DNA of 49,116 nt from a virus (Duplodnaviria > Caudoviricetes), in the IMG/VR virus record IMGVR_UViG_3300032270_001670, positions 1 to 49,116 of that record. One strand, 5' to 3'. The translations under genes and the position numbers were made by a program. The notes beneath the pieces were generated by a model. The model was not told the origin of the DNA and made no database searches. It saw only the letters and a program-made list of their open reading frames with translations. Positions 8,869-19,597 of this stretch are shown piece after piece. Within the stretch, counting starts at the first letter, position 1, and the number at the start of each line of letters is the position of its first letter.

Positions 8869-9849
8869 ATGAATAATTTTGTAAAACTTGCCTTGGAAAA
8901 TGGCGGGTCAATTCATCCTCTTATTATCCCCTCAACAGATTTAAAAGGACCAGCAATAACAAATCCTTCTATTTACAACGATAATGGAAGAATTATTGTT
9001 AATCTTAGAAATATCAATTACACACTTTATCATTCTGAGAAAAAAACATTTGAACATCACTGGGGACCACTAGTTTATATTCACCCAGAAAATGACATGC
9101 GTTTGCGTACATGGAATGTAATTGGTGAACTGGATGAAAATATGAGACTTAAATGGCATACTCATATTGATACTTCTAAACATCCAGATAAAGAACTTTG
9201 GGAATTTGTTGGACTAGAAGATGCCCGTATCTTTAGATGGGAAGGTAAACTTTATACTTGTGGAGTTCGTAGAGATCTTGATACTGTGGGCACAGGAAGA
9301 ATGGAACTTTGCGAAATAGAAATTACCGAGAATGGAGTTAAAGAATTAAGTCAATATCGTATTCCTACACCAGGGGATAATAAATCATATTGTGAAAAGA
9401 ATTGGATGCCAATTCTTGATATGCCATATCATTTTGTAAAGTGGACAAATGGTACAGAAGTTGTAAAGTATGATATTCATACAGGTCAAACAACCCAAGT
9501 TGCCTTAACTGATTGGAAAGATCTTGGTTGTATTGATCTTCGTGGTGGATCTCAAGTGATTCCTTTTGGAGAATATCGTCTTGCTTTAAATCATGAAACT
9601 TTTCTTACTAAAAGTCCAGCAGGAAGAAAGGATGGTACATACCGCCACCGTTTTATTGTTTGGGACAAAGATTGGAATATTGTAAAAGTATCAAGAAGAT
9701 TCTCATTCCTGGAGGCAGAGATTGAATTTGCTGTCGGGTTATGTGAATATGGTGACGATTATTTGATCACTTTTGGTTTTCAAGATAATGCAGCATATCT
9801 ATTAAGAGTTAATCAACAGTTTGTTAAGGAGTATATTTTTGAAGAATGA
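8869..9849 (+). CDS. Five-bladed beta-propeller glycosidase/phosphorylase-like protein (GH130/GH43 clan)
   Basis: TNPSI, GLEDARIF, EKNWMP, LRGGS, IEFAVG, TFGFQD motifs. Confidence 0.65.
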   Translation: MNNFVKLALENGGSIHPLIIPSTDLKGPAITNPSIYNDNGRIIVNLRNINYTLYHSEKKTFEHHWGPLVYIHPENDMRLRTWNVIGELDENMRLKWHTHIDTSKHPDKELWEFVGLEDARIFRWEGKLYTCGVRRDLDTVGTGRMELCEIEITENGVKELSQYRIPTPGDNKSYCEKNWMPILDMPYHFVKWTNGTEVVKYDIHTGQTTQVALTDWKDLGCIDLRGGSQVIPFGEYRLALNHETFLTKSPAGRKDGTYRHRFIVWDKDWNIVKVSRRFSFLEAEIEFAVGLCEYGDDYLITFGFQDNAAYLLRVNQQFVKEYIFEE

Positions 9850-10595
9850 AAATTGCAGTTTGTATTTCTGGTGGAGTTAGATATCCTCATCTAGGTCTTC
9901 AAAGTATTCAAAAAATTTTTCCAAATGAGTTTGTAAAGGTTTTTATTCATACATGGAAAATAAAAAATAAAGATTCTTTTTTAAATACTTTAGATGGATT
10001 AGAATACAAAGAAGTTGATAGAACAGTAGAAACTGATCTTTCTTTTTTGGATAATTATAATTATGAAAAACTTTTAATTGAAAACTATGATGAATGTGAA
10101 AAAAAGTTTCAAAAACTTTTTGATAGTTTAAAGTTTGCTCCAGCAACTGATGAGAGTGACAGAATCAGAACTGATATTGGACCAATCAGTATGCATTATT
10201 CGATTTACAAATCAAATCAGTTGAAAAAACAATATGAAGAAGAACATAATATTGTTTTTGATTGGGTGATTCGAATGAGAACTGATAGTGATTTTAAATA
10301 TGATGCTCTTAATCTGAATTCACTTACAGAAGAATTAAATGTTCCTGAAGGAGAAGATTGGGCATCTGATTCCATTAATGATCAATTTGCAATTGGAACT
10401 TCTCATGCCATGGACTTATATTCAAATCTGTATAATAATTTTCATTATAATCAATCGGTAAAATATTATCCAGAAAGAATTTTATATTCTCATTTAAAAA
10501 ATATGAATTTAGTTCCCACTAGAATTAATTTTCCAGTTAGGATTAATAATTGTATAGATTTTAGAAAAGTTTGGTATCCTCACTTGGTTGAATAA
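9846..10595 (+). CDS. Putative glycosyltransferase (GT-A-like, uncharacterised family)
   Basis: KIAVCISG, FIHTW, FDWVIRMRTD, INDQFAIG, YPERIL. Confidence 0.6.
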   Translation: MKIAVCISGGVRYPHLGLQSIQKIFPNEFVKVFIHTWKIKNKDSFLNTLDGLEYKEVDRTVETDLSFLDNYNYEKLLIENYDECEKKFQKLFDSLKFAPATDESDRIRTDIGPISMHYSIYKSNQLKKQYEEEHNIVFDWVIRMRTDSDFKYDALNLNSLTEELNVPEGEDWASDSINDQFAIGTSHAMDLYSNLYNNFHYNQSVKYYPERILYSHLKNMNLVPTRINFPVRINNCIDFRKVWYPHLVE

Positions 10596-10597
10596 TT

Positions 10598-11251
10598 ATG
10601 TACACATTACCGTCTACTTGTCAAATTCCAGATTTAGATAAGATTTATATTAAACATTTTGGTACGTTTACAAATAATAAAACATTTGTAGAGGTGGGTG
10701 CTTATGATGGTGAATTAGTTTCTAATACTTCTTTTCTGGCAGATGCTGGATGGAAAGGATACTATATTGAACCTATACATCCAAGTTATATTAAATGTTT
10801 GCAACGACATATTCATAACAATGTAGTTGTATCTAACGTTGCTATTGGTCTTGAAGAAGGTTTAAAGACCATTTATAATAATGACATCCTTTCAAGTTTA
10901 GATAAAGATCACGCTGAGATAGGAGTGAATGAATTTAATTATCCAAATTATACTGAAAATATATGTTATCAGTTAAGAATGGATACTTATTTAAGAAATC
11001 ATAATGTTCCTTATGAGTTTGACCTTTTAGTTGTAGATGTTGAAGGAAAGGAAGATGAAGTTTTTTATTCTTTCGATTTTAATCAGTGGAAACCTAGAAT
11101 GATTATTGCTGAATTGGTTGATGATCATCAGTATTTTCAGAAGAATAAATTCATTACTTCAAGAGTTAGAACACTGAGGCAGCATATTCAAGATAATAAT
11201 TACCAACAAATTTACAGAGACGATATTAATACTATTTTCATTAGGCAATGA
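10598..11251 (+). CDS. FkbM-family SAM methyltransferase
   Basis: FVEVGAYDG..SNT, YIEP, DLLVVDVEG. Confidence 0.88.
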   Translation: MYTLPSTCQIPDLDKIYIKHFGTFTNNKTFVEVGAYDGELVSNTSFLADAGWKGYYIEPIHPSYIKCLQRHIHNNVVVSNVAIGLEEGLKTIYNNDILSSLDKDHAEIGVNEFNYPNYTENICYQLRMDTYLRNHNVPYEFDLLVVDVEGKEDEVFYSFDFNQWKPRMIIAELVDDHQYFQKNKFITSRVRTLRQHIQDNNYQQIYRDDINTIFIRQ

Positions 11252-11991
11252 TTTCATTTAATAATATTGGGCATATGGGACGTTTGGGAAATCAAATGTT
11301 CCAGTATGCTGGAGTCAAAGGAGTAGCAATTCATAAAGGATATTGGTATTCTGTACCATCAAACACTTCTTTGAATGAGTGTTTTAAAATACCAGAAACA
11401 TTACCTAACAATAACAGTAGGATTGTTAATGTAGAGAGTTTTGAATTTGATGAGGAGTTCTTTAATAATTGCCCTGATGATGTTGATGTGTGTGGATACT
11501 TTCAATCGGAAAAATATTTTAAGCATATAGAACATCAGATTAGACAAGACCTCACTTTTCATGATAGGATACTGAAAGAGTGTCTAACTTATAGGAATAA
11601 TTTAAAAAGTACTGAATTAATATCACTACATATTAGAAGAAGTGATTACATTAGCGATCCAAATTTTGAGTGTCTTTCACTTGATTATTATTGGAACGCA
11701 TTAAAACTTCTACCAAACTTTCCAGTGATAGTTTTTAGTGATGATCCAGAATGGTGTAAAAAACAGTTCAGACAAAAACCGTTTATTATCTCTCCATTTG
11801 AAGATCCTTTTTTAGATCTCTGCTTAATGTCTCTATGTGATTATCATATTATTGCCAACTCCTCATTCTCTTGGTGGGGATCTTGGTTAGCAAATAGCAA
11901 GCAAACAATCGCTCCCAGAAAATGGTTTTCTGGTGAATTTTTAAACTGGAATACTAAAGATTTATATCTTCAAAATTGGATTATCACATGA
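11248..11991 (+). CDS. GT11 alpha-1,2-fucosyltransferase-like
   Basis: GRLGNQMFQYA, GYFQSEKYF, HIRRSDY, FSDD, NSSFSWWG. Confidence 0.92.
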   Translation: MISFNNIGHMGRLGNQMFQYAGVKGVAIHKGYWYSVPSNTSLNECFKIPETLPNNNSRIVNVESFEFDEEFFNNCPDDVDVCGYFQSEKYFKHIEHQIRQDLTFHDRILKECLTYRNNLKSTELISLHIRRSDYISDPNFECLSLDYYWNALKLLPNFPVIVFSDDPEWCKKQFRQKPFIISPFEDPFLDLCLMSLCDYHIIANSSFSWWGSWLANSKQTIAPRKWFSGEFLNWNTKDLYLQNWIIT

Positions 11992-12824
11992 CTATGAATA
12001 AATTTATTTCATCTAAAAAAAGAAAAGTAATCGATGCATTTAATTTTTTTAACGAATTTGATCTTCTTAAACTTCGTTTAAATTATTTGAATGAAGTTGT
12101 TGATTACTTTTTAATCTGTGAATGTAATCATACACATTCTGCAAATCCAAAACCATATTATTTGGATGAAATAATTAACGATATTCCTGAAAATATTCGT
12201 AAAAAAATTATTAGAATTAAATATGAAGTTGATGGGAGGTATTACTATAATGATGCTTGGAGATTGGAAAGTGAGCATAGAGATTTTATTGGAAAAAACT
12301 TACATCAATTCTCGGTAAACGATATAATTATGGTAAGTGATCTTGATGAAATTCCTAATAAAAAATATTTAAAAGAAGTTTTTAATGTGTGGGATGAAAA
12401 TTCTTTATATATTGGTGAATTTGATGTCTTTCTCTATAATTTTATTACTTGTGCTTCGTCTGTTTATTCGTGGAAAGGTACAATTTTATGTAGTGTTGAA
12501 AGGTGTATAGAACTTGGATCTGACACTTTGCATAAAAATAGACAGAACGAACAATACGGATATCGGGTATTTAAAAATGGAGGGTGGCACTTTACTTATT
12601 TTGGAGACGTGGAAAAGATTAAATCAAAAGTTAATTCTTTTGCTCATCAGGAAATTAACGATGAAAAATATACAAATGATTTACACATCATTGAATGTAT
12701 AAAAAATAAAAAATCTTTTTATGAAGAAGGAAAAATTTTTCAAAATTATGACTTTAATAATTATCCAGAAGAGTTAAGAAAGTGGATAGTTGATATTTTT
12801 CCCAAAAAATATTATACAGAATAA
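11988..12824 (+). CDS. GT17 (beta-1,4-GlcNAc transferase-like)
   Basis: FFNEFDLLKLRL, SDLDEIP, GGWHFTY, SFAHQE; start placed at ATGA overlap. Confidence 0.88.
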   Translation: MTMNKFISSKKRKVIDAFNFFNEFDLLKLRLNYLNEVVDYFLICECNHTHSANPKPYYLDEIINDIPENIRKKIIRIKYEVDGRYYYNDAWRLESEHRDFIGKNLHQFSVNDIIMVSDLDEIPNKKYLKEVFNVWDENSLYIGEFDVFLYNFITCASSVYSWKGTILCSVERCIELGSDTLHKNRQNEQYGYRVFKNGGWHFTYFGDVEKIKSKVNSFAHQEINDEKYTNDLHIIECIKNKKSFYEEGKIFQNYDFNNYPEELRKWIVDIFPKKYYTE

Positions 12825-12833
12825 AATAAATTT

Positions 12834-13754
12834 ATGAAAATTCTATACGTTTATAATTTTGCATACCCAGATTATCAATCTGATACCGTGTATCATGGAT
12901 TGATCGATAGTGGACATGAAGTGTATGAAACTCATTATCCTCGTTATATGTTGTCGGGGTTTGAATTTAAAAAAGAAAGCATATATGGTGATGTGTCAAA
13001 TTACATATATGATGGAATGCCAAATACATCATTTACTTTATATGGTAAATTAAATCATACGCCAAGAATTCAATCTGAATCTGGTATTATTCACAAAATA
13101 AAATCTAAATTTTATGATTGTGTAATTTATGGATGTGTTTATACTCATGAAGGAATGCCAAGAAGGCAGTGTTTGGATTATCTTGATGAGGTTGTCAAAT
13201 ATTATTCAAAAGATAAAATTCATTTTATTGATGGGTCAGATAATCCTTGGAACTTTGCTCATTCAAGTGGAATATCAGAATATGGAACTGTTTGGAAAAC
13301 ACAATTAGAAAGTATTGGCGCAGCAAATCCAATTTGTTTTGGTATACCTGAATCTCAATTAATTAAAGAAGATCCAGTAAAGGAAAAAATATTTGCTGAT
13401 ATTATTCCTGGGAATAGAAAAACATATGTTTATTCAGATGAAGAATCTTATTATAGAGATTATGCAAAATCGTATTATGGGATGACTTGGAAAAAAGGTC
13501 AGTGGAATTGTATGAGGCATCTTGAAATTTTAGCAAATAAATGTATTCCTTATTTTCCAGATATTGAAGATTGTCCTCCTTTTGTTATGATAGATTTTCC
13601 GAAGGAGATATTTCAAGAAACCAATAAATATGCCAGACGGTATGAAGTTCATCCAAATTATGAATGGATTAATGATTATATTTTTAATCACACTAAAAAT
13701 CATTTAACTACTAAAAGAATTGCGAATAAAGTATTATTATGGAAAGAACATTAG
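12834..13754 (+). CDS. Putative glycosyltransferase (GT-B-like)
   Basis: DYQSD, FIDGSD, KKGQWNCMRHLEILANKCIPYF, NHLTT; cluster context. Confidence 0.6.
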   Translation: MKILYVYNFAYPDYQSDTVYHGLIDSGHEVYETHYPRYMLSGFEFKKESIYGDVSNYIYDGMPNTSFTLYGKLNHTPRIQSESGIIHKIKSKFYDCVIYGCVYTHEGMPRRQCLDYLDEVVKYYSKDKIHFIDGSDNPWNFAHSSGISEYGTVWKTQLESIGAANPICFGIPESQLIKEDPVKEKIFADIIPGNRKTYVYSDEESYYRDYAKSYYGMTWKKGQWNCMRHLEILANKCIPYFPDIEDCPPFVMIDFPKEIFQETNKYARRYEVHPNYEWINDYIFNHTKNHLTTKRIANKVLLWKEH

Positions 13755-15358
13755 TTATATTGTTGGGAAATCCAAGGGGAGGTGAAAAGGCATGGGACAG
13801 CATGTATAACAATTTACTGTTCCCTTATAATGCAGATCTTGCTTTGTGTTTTGGTTTCAGAGAAGATAAGTCTATTTCACTATATGAAAGGGCAAAATAT
13901 ATTTGGGAAATTCCCGAATATGAAGAGTGGGCATATTATTATGTTGAAAATCTTGGAGAAGAGGGGTATTGGAAAAAGTCTTTTGTACTTGGGTCAACAA
14001 CTGGATTTTCTGGAATTTATGGAACTAGGGGATCTAGTGCTATAACTTTAGCTTTTCGCCATTACTTACTTAAAAATAAAAGAGAAATAATCTGTTCTTA
14101 CGATAGGATAATCCTTACTAGAAGTGATTTCTTTTATGTTAAAGAACATCCGATTTTACCCAATGATCATTTTTGGGTTCCTTCTGGAGAAAATTTTGGA
14201 GGAATGACAGATCGACATCATATTTTTCCATCTTCTGATATAGATGATGTTTTTGGTATAATTGAAAGATATGTTAATACTGAAAAATTATTTGAAGATT
14301 ATAAAGACAATCCAGATTCTTTAAATATAGAATCTTGTTATTTAAAATATTTTGACAGCATTGAATATTCTAAAAAAATTAGAGAATTTCCTAGTGTAAG
14401 TTTCACTGTAAAAACTCAAGAAGATGCTACGAGATGGTATCCAGGCAACGGGTCAAATGTTCCATATAATGATGATCTATTTCTTAAGTATGAAGGTGAA
14501 TATGAACAATGCATGAAAAATATATTCTGCCAAGAAAATATTTTGTCTTATAGGGAAAACTTTTTCAAAGAGGAAAGTGAAAAGTATAATAGAATTTTAA
14601 GGCAAAATAAAAGTAATAAAAAAATAAACATTTCCAAATTTACTATTTGTCTTCATTGTGGTTGTAATAAGGATATTGTTAATCAACAAATGGAAAGATT
14701 AAAACCTCTTGAAGAAAAGTATGAAGTCTATTGGAACAATAGAATTGATAGGCATCCTGAAATATATGAATCCTATGCTAAAATGATTAATCATTCTGTG
14801 GCAACTTCTCCCACAGAGTGGGTCATATTAATTAATGATAGAACGCTTCCCACTGTAGAAGAAGTGGAAAAAATGATTGATTTAATGGAGAGTGGATTTG
14901 CATGTGTTCTTTTATATAATGTTGGATTCATGGGATTTTCTAAAGAATTAATTCGAAAAATTGGTTGGTGGGATGAAAGATTTACACATGCTGGTTGGGA
15001 AGATCGTGATTGGATATGGAGAATTTATATGAATAATTTTGCACTCTATGAAAGTCAAGAATCGACTTATGATAGAAGTTGGAAAACAACATTAACAAAT
15101 TCTTCTTATGATTCTACTCAACATTGGTATAATAAGTATGATCAATCTCATGATGGTGTAATATTTAAAAATATATCAGAAGAAACTTACGGACGTTGGG
15201 ATAAATTTATAGGAGAATCTATTTCAACAATATCAGATTCTTGGAATACATGGGAACAATCAAGACTAGATATTATGTATAATTATGATATTGAAAATCC
15301 ACTAGAGAGATCTGGTTCTAGTATGATTCGCGAAAGAAAAATTATTAAAAATTATTAA
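13739..15358 (+). CDS. Two-domain putative glycosyltransferase
   Basis: N-domain YDRIILTRSD..GGMTDRH (like 9846-10595); C-domain GT2-like IGWWDERF..GWEDRD. Confidence 0.65.
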   Translation: MERTLVILLGNPRGGEKAWDSMYNNLLFPYNADLALCFGFREDKSISLYERAKYIWEIPEYEEWAYYYVENLGEEGYWKKSFVLGSTTGFSGIYGTRGSSAITLAFRHYLLKNKREIICSYDRIILTRSDFFYVKEHPILPNDHFWVPSGENFGGMTDRHHIFPSSDIDDVFGIIERYVNTEKLFEDYKDNPDSLNIESCYLKYFDSIEYSKKIREFPSVSFTVKTQEDATRWYPGNGSNVPYNDDLFLKYEGEYEQCMKNIFCQENILSYRENFFKEESEKYNRILRQNKSNKKINISKFTICLHCGCNKDIVNQQMERLKPLEEKYEVYWNNRIDRHPEIYESYAKMINHSVATSPTEWVILINDRTLPTVEEVEKMIDLMESGFACVLLYNVGFMGFSKELIRKIGWWDERFTHAGWEDRDWIWRIYMNNFALYESQESTYDRSWKTTLTNSSYDSTQHWYNKYDQSHDGVIFKNISEETYGRWDKFIGESISTISDSWNTWEQSRLDIMYNYDIENPLERSGSSMIRERKIIKNY

Positions 15359-15390
15359 TCTAGGGAAAAGATAAAGAGCAAGTTAAAAAA

Positions 15391-16374
15391 ATGAACAATT
15401 TGAAAAAAATATTAATTACTGGTGGACTCGGATTCATAGGTGCCCACTGTATCGAAAAGTGGAAAACTGAAAATTGGGATGTTGTTGTAATTGACAATCT
15501 TTCTACCAATGCAATAAAAACAAATCATTATTTAACTGAAAATGTAGAAATTATTCAAAGTAATATTTTGGATATTGATTGGAAAAATCTTCCAAAATTT
15601 GATTTAGTTCTTCATCTTGCTTCTCCTGTTGGTCCTGTAGGTGTTCTAAAACACTCTGGCAATATGGCAAGAATTATTTTGGATGATATTTACTGGGCAA
15701 TTAATACTGCCAAGTATAATCAATGTCCTTTAATATTCATTTCTACTTCAGAAATTTATGGACATAGGGACGGTAAAAGTTATTTGAAAGAAGAGAGTGA
15801 TAAAGTTCTTCATGGTGACTTTACTGTTAGAAATGAGTATGCGATTGCTAAACTTTTGTCTGAAATAGTTTTAACAAATCAGGCAAAAATTAATCCAGAT
15901 TTTAAATATCAAATCATTAGACCATTTAATGTGACTGGTAAATATCAACTTCCTGGTGGTGGATTTGTTCTTCCTAGATTTGTAGAGCAAGCATTGTCTG
16001 ATGAAGACATTACTGTTTATTATGATGGGTTGCAATTAAGAGCATTTACTTGGGTCAAAGATATTGTAGATGGAATATACCTTACTTCTACTGCTAATAA
16101 TTCTGATTGGAATGAGGAATGGAACATCGGTAATGAACTTAATGAAAGAACAATCCTTTATCTTGCAGAAAAGGTCAAAGAGATTACAAAAACAAAATCA
16201 AAGATTATTCATATAGACCCAATAAAACTTCATGGACCACTTTTTTCTGAGGCACCAGAAAAAATTCCTGATAGTAAAAAAATTAAAGAAAGGCTTGGAT
16301 GGCAACCAACTAAAGGAGTTGACGAAGTAATTGAAGAGGTGGTAGACTATTATAATAGTAAGGTTTGTTCTTAA
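15391..16374 (+). CDS. NAD-dependent NDP-sugar epimerase/dehydratase/decarboxylase (extended SDR, UXS/ArnA-like)
   Basis: ITGGLGFIG, HLASP, STSEIYG, YAIAK (YxxxK), RPFNV.G, Q.RAF. Confidence 0.88.
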   Translation: MNNLKKILITGGLGFIGAHCIEKWKTENWDVVVIDNLSTNAIKTNHYLTENVEIIQSNILDIDWKNLPKFDLVLHLASPVGPVGVLKHSGNMARIILDDIYWAINTAKYNQCPLIFISTSEIYGHRDGKSYLKEESDKVLHGDFTVRNEYAIAKLLSEIVLTNQAKINPDFKYQIIRPFNVTGKYQLPGGGFVLPRFVEQALSDEDITVYYDGLQLRAFTWVKDIVDGIYLTSTANNSDWNEEWNIGNELNERTILYLAEKVKEITKTKSKIIHIDPIKLHGPLFSEAPEKIPDSKKIKERLGWQPTKGVDEVIEEVVDYYNSKVCS

Positions 16375-17090
16375 TGAAAATTGGAATCATTGGACATGGA
16401 GAAATTGGTAGTAGTATTGTAAAAGTGTATGAATCCTTTAGTGGGTTTGACATTAGGATAGTAGATCCATTTCAAAATTTTGATGATAATATTGATGGTG
16501 TTGAAATACTTAATGTTTGTATTCCATTTATTGATAATTTTGTAGATGTTGTTAAACAATATATTTCAAAAGCAAATCCAAACTACACAATTATTCATTC
16601 TACTGTTGCACCAGGGACAACTAAACTTATTGGCGGAAAAGTTTGCCACTCACCTATGAGGGGATTGCACCCCAATCTTGATTTGGGTATGAAAACTTTC
16701 TTAAAATATATTGGTCCAGAAGATAATGACTCTGCAAAATTATATCAAGAGCATTTAAGTAGCGTTGGAATCAAAAGCCATATTTGTAAAGATAGTAAAA
16801 CAACTGAATATGCCAAACTGTTAGATACGACTTATTATGGAATGTGTATTGCGTTCCATTCTGATGTTTCAAAACTTTGTGAAAATGAGAATATTGATTT
16901 TGAAGAAGTTATGACTCTTTATAATCGGACATATAATGAAGGTTATTTGGAACTTGGTAAACCAAATGTAGTTCGCCCAGTTCTTTATCCAACTGAAAAA
17001 ATTGGTGGACATTGTGTAATCCCAAATGCAAAAATACTGAAGAAGTTTATGGATACAAAAAATGTTAATTCTATTTTAGATTATGAATAA
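16374..17090 (+). CDS. Short UDP-glucose/GDP-mannose dehydrogenase-family protein
   Basis: GIIGHGEIG, HSTVAPGTT, HSP, EYAKL, IGGHCV catalytic Cys; about 238 aa from ATG 16374. Confidence 0.8.
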   Translation: MKIGIIGHGEIGSSIVKVYESFSGFDIRIVDPFQNFDDNIDGVEILNVCIPFIDNFVDVVKQYISKANPNYTIIHSTVAPGTTKLIGGKVCHSPMRGLHPNLDLGMKTFLKYIGPEDNDSAKLYQEHLSSVGIKSHICKDSKTTEYAKLLDTTYYGMCIAFHSDVSKLCENENIDFEEVMTLYNRTYNEGYLELGKPNVVRPVLYPTEKIGGHCVIPNAKILKKFMDTKNVNSILDYE

Positions 17091-17871
17091 CAGATTATTG
17101 TATGAAGATGTTTCATTAGTCATTCAAGGACCTTCAATTGATAATGAAAAGGTAGATTTTATTGATGCTTTACCGTACTATAGATCTTTGTTTTCTGAAA
17201 TTATTTTGTCAACTTATACTGAACATTTAATTTCTAATTGGAAACTTTTAAAAGTATGTGAAAAAAATGACATTAAGATAGTACATCAAACTATTGATAT
17301 TGATAAATTTTGTTTAGATCGTTTAATTAACCACTCGATTTATTATCAAACTTATACTAGTTTAAATGGATTTAAAGTATCAACTAAAAAATATACAATT
17401 AAACATCGAATAGATGAAAGATATTCAAATCTGCATATTTTAATAGATAAATTTTTAAGCGATGATGAAAAATTAGTTTCTGGTGGAACTTTATTTGCAC
17501 CTAAAGTATGGAATCCATATCACGTTGGAGACCATTTGTTTATTTCTAAAACTGAAAAACTTATAAAGACATTTGAAATGTCTGTAGACTATTTGTATGG
17601 TGAAAATTTTATTGAAGAAGGACCAGAGTATAATTACACTAGAAATTTTTTGAGAATACATGGTGAAAATCCTGTAGATGAAAACCATGATGAACTAATG
17701 AGAAAGTATTTTGATTTTGTTCCCGATAAGTATATGTTTCCTTTTGTGATTAGATCGAATACTAATGATGAAGGAAATCAAGTTTGGAGAACTCTTGAAG
17801 AATATGGACCACTTAGATCTCAGTATGAAACACTAGATGATATTTTTTACAGTCCTTATTTACCCTGGTGA
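17083..17871 (+). CDS. WavE-like LPS synthesis protein
   Basis: SLVIQGP, IILST, YQTYTSLNG, IKHRIDE, YHVGDHLF. Confidence 0.6.
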   Translation: MNNRLLYEDVSLVIQGPSIDNEKVDFIDALPYYRSLFSEIILSTYTEHLISNWKLLKVCEKNDIKIVHQTIDIDKFCLDRLINHSIYYQTYTSLNGFKVSTKKYTIKHRIDERYSNLHILIDKFLSDDEKLVSGGTLFAPKVWNPYHVGDHLFISKTEKLIKTFEMSVDYLYGENFIEEGPEYNYTRNFLRIHGENPVDENHDELMRKYFDFVPDKYMFPFVIRSNTNDEGNQVWRTLEEYGPLRSQYETLDDIFYSPYLPW

Positions 17872-17913
17872 TTTAATCATATAGATAATTTAAATAATTT
17901 TTTGGAGATAAAA

Positions 17914-18570
17914 ATGAAGTGGAAATCTGATTTGATTAAAGATATTAGATATAATGATTATCGTGATGATCTTGATTGGAATGGTGGGGAATTTTTAGAA
18001 ATTCCTATCCGACCGGTAGATGTCAGACACCCAGATACAAATCAAGGACAAACCATGAGTGTTTGTAATATAGAAAATCTAAAGAATCAATTTGATAAAG
18101 TAAAAAATAACTGTAAATGTATATTAGAAATAGGAGTTGATTGTAATGGAACTCCTACCGAAATGACATCAACAAGTACTTTTTTAAAAAATAAAAAAGA
18201 AGATACTTTTTATTTTGGTGTAGATTTAAATGATAAAAGTTATCTTAATAATCCCGATAAAAACATATACACATTACAACATGACTCATCTGACATCGAA
18301 TATGTGATGAATTTTATTAAATCTAAAGGTATTAATGAAATAGATTTTTTGTTTATTGATGGATGGCATAGTATTAATCAAGTTATTAAGGAATGGGAAT
18401 ATAGTAATTGGATTTCGCAATGTGGAATTGTTGGATTTCACGATACTTCTATTCATCCAGGTCCGCATTTATTTGTTAAGTATTTGGATAAATCTAAATG
18501 GGAAGTATTAGAAAATGCATGTTCAGACTATAGTAATGATTGGGGTATTGGATTTGCGAGGAAGAAATGA
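17914..18570 (+). CDS. Class I SAM methyltransferase (Methyltransf_24-like)
   Basis: ILEIGV, GVDL, IDFLFIDGWHS, GIVGFHD; RBS ggag before ATG 17914. Confidence 0.8.
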   Translation: MKWKSDLIKDIRYNDYRDDLDWNGGEFLEIPIRPVDVRHPDTNQGQTMSVCNIENLKNQFDKVKNNCKCILEIGVDCNGTPTEMTSTSTFLKNKKEDTFYFGVDLNDKSYLNNPDKNIYTLQHDSSDIEYVMNFIKSKGINEIDFLFIDGWHSINQVIKEWEYSNWISQCGIVGFHDTSIHPGPHLFVKYLDKSKWEVLENACSDYSNDWGIGFARKK

Positions 18571-19298
18571 ATATATTGATTCCTATGGCAGGTGAGGGAA
18601 CTAGATTTCCCAGAGATACCTACAAAATTCCAAAACCTTTGATTGAAATTAAAGGAATACCTATGATTCAAATGGCAATTGAGTCATTGGGATTGAATGG
18701 AACTTATCATTTTGTGATTAGGAAGGATAGTTATTACGACCAAGTTTGTAGTTTATTGCATAAAATTCTACCAAATCCAAAGATTATCAGTGTAGAAGAA
18801 ACTACAGAAGGACCAGCAGCAAGTTGTCTTCTCTTCAAAGATTTTATTGATAATGAAGAAGAACTTGTGATTGCAAACTGCGATCAGATTATGTGGTGGG
18901 ATCCCGATCTATTTTTGACAACGGCAAGATATTATAAGTACGATGGCCTTGTTGTCACCTATTCTACTAATACTCCTAAAAATAGTTATGCAAGGATAGA
19001 TCAACAAGGATTTGTCCAAGAAATAAAAGAAAAAGAAGTGATTAGTGATATATCTTTAAACGGAATTCATTATTGGAGAAAGGGAAAATATTTTGTACAA
19101 AGTGCAGAAGATATGATAAAATGTAATGATAGAGCACCCAATGGTGAATTTTATGTAGGTCCTTCTTATAATCATATGATTAAAAGTGGACTTAAAGTTG
19201 GAATACATCACATTCCAAATTACCAACATAATCCAGTCGGGGTTCCAGAAGATCTGAATTCATTTCTAGAAAAATATGAACATAACAAAAATTACTGA
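18567..19298 (+). CDS. Sugar-phosphate nucleotidyltransferase (NTP_transferase family)
   Basis: IPMAGEGTRF, PKPLI, TEGPA, IANCDQ, EIKEK, NGEFYV; ATGA overlap start. Confidence 0.88.
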   Translation: MNILIPMAGEGTRFPRDTYKIPKPLIEIKGIPMIQMAIESLGLNGTYHFVIRKDSYYDQVCSLLHKILPNPKIISVEETTEGPAASCLLFKDFIDNEEELVIANCDQIMWWDPDLFLTTARYYKYDGLVVTYSTNTPKNSYARIDQQGFVQEIKEKEVISDISLNGIHYWRKGKYFVQSAEDMIKCNDRAPNGEFYVGPSYNHMIKSGLKVGIHHIPNYQHNPVGVPEDLNSFLEKYEHNKNY

Positions 19299-19596
19299 TT
19301 ATATGAGAGGTTGGTTTATTGGAAACTTTGAACCTTCTGTATTGAAAACTGATCAGTTTGAGGTTGGACTTCTTACTCATAAGAAAGGAGAGTATTGGGC
19401 ACCTCATTATCATAAAGAAAGTGTGGAATATAATGTTCTTATTTCTGGGAAAATGGTGGTTCGTGGAAAGGAGTTAAATAGTGGAGATGTGTTTGTATTC
19501 GATAAAGGAGAAGTTGCTGATCCAATTTTTCTAGAAGATTGTAAATTAATCGTCGTTAAAATTCCTTCTATTCCTTCTGATAAGTTTGAGGTTTGA
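19276..19596 (+). CDS. Cupin-domain protein
   Basis: GWFIGNFEP, HYHK...EYN, G.M...GDVF. Confidence 0.8.
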   Translation: MNITKITDYMRGWFIGNFEPSVLKTDQFEVGLLTHKKGEYWAPHYHKESVEYNVLISGKMVVRGKELNSGDVFVFDKGEVADPIFLEDCKLIVVKIPSIPSDKFEV

Positions 19597-19597
19597 A

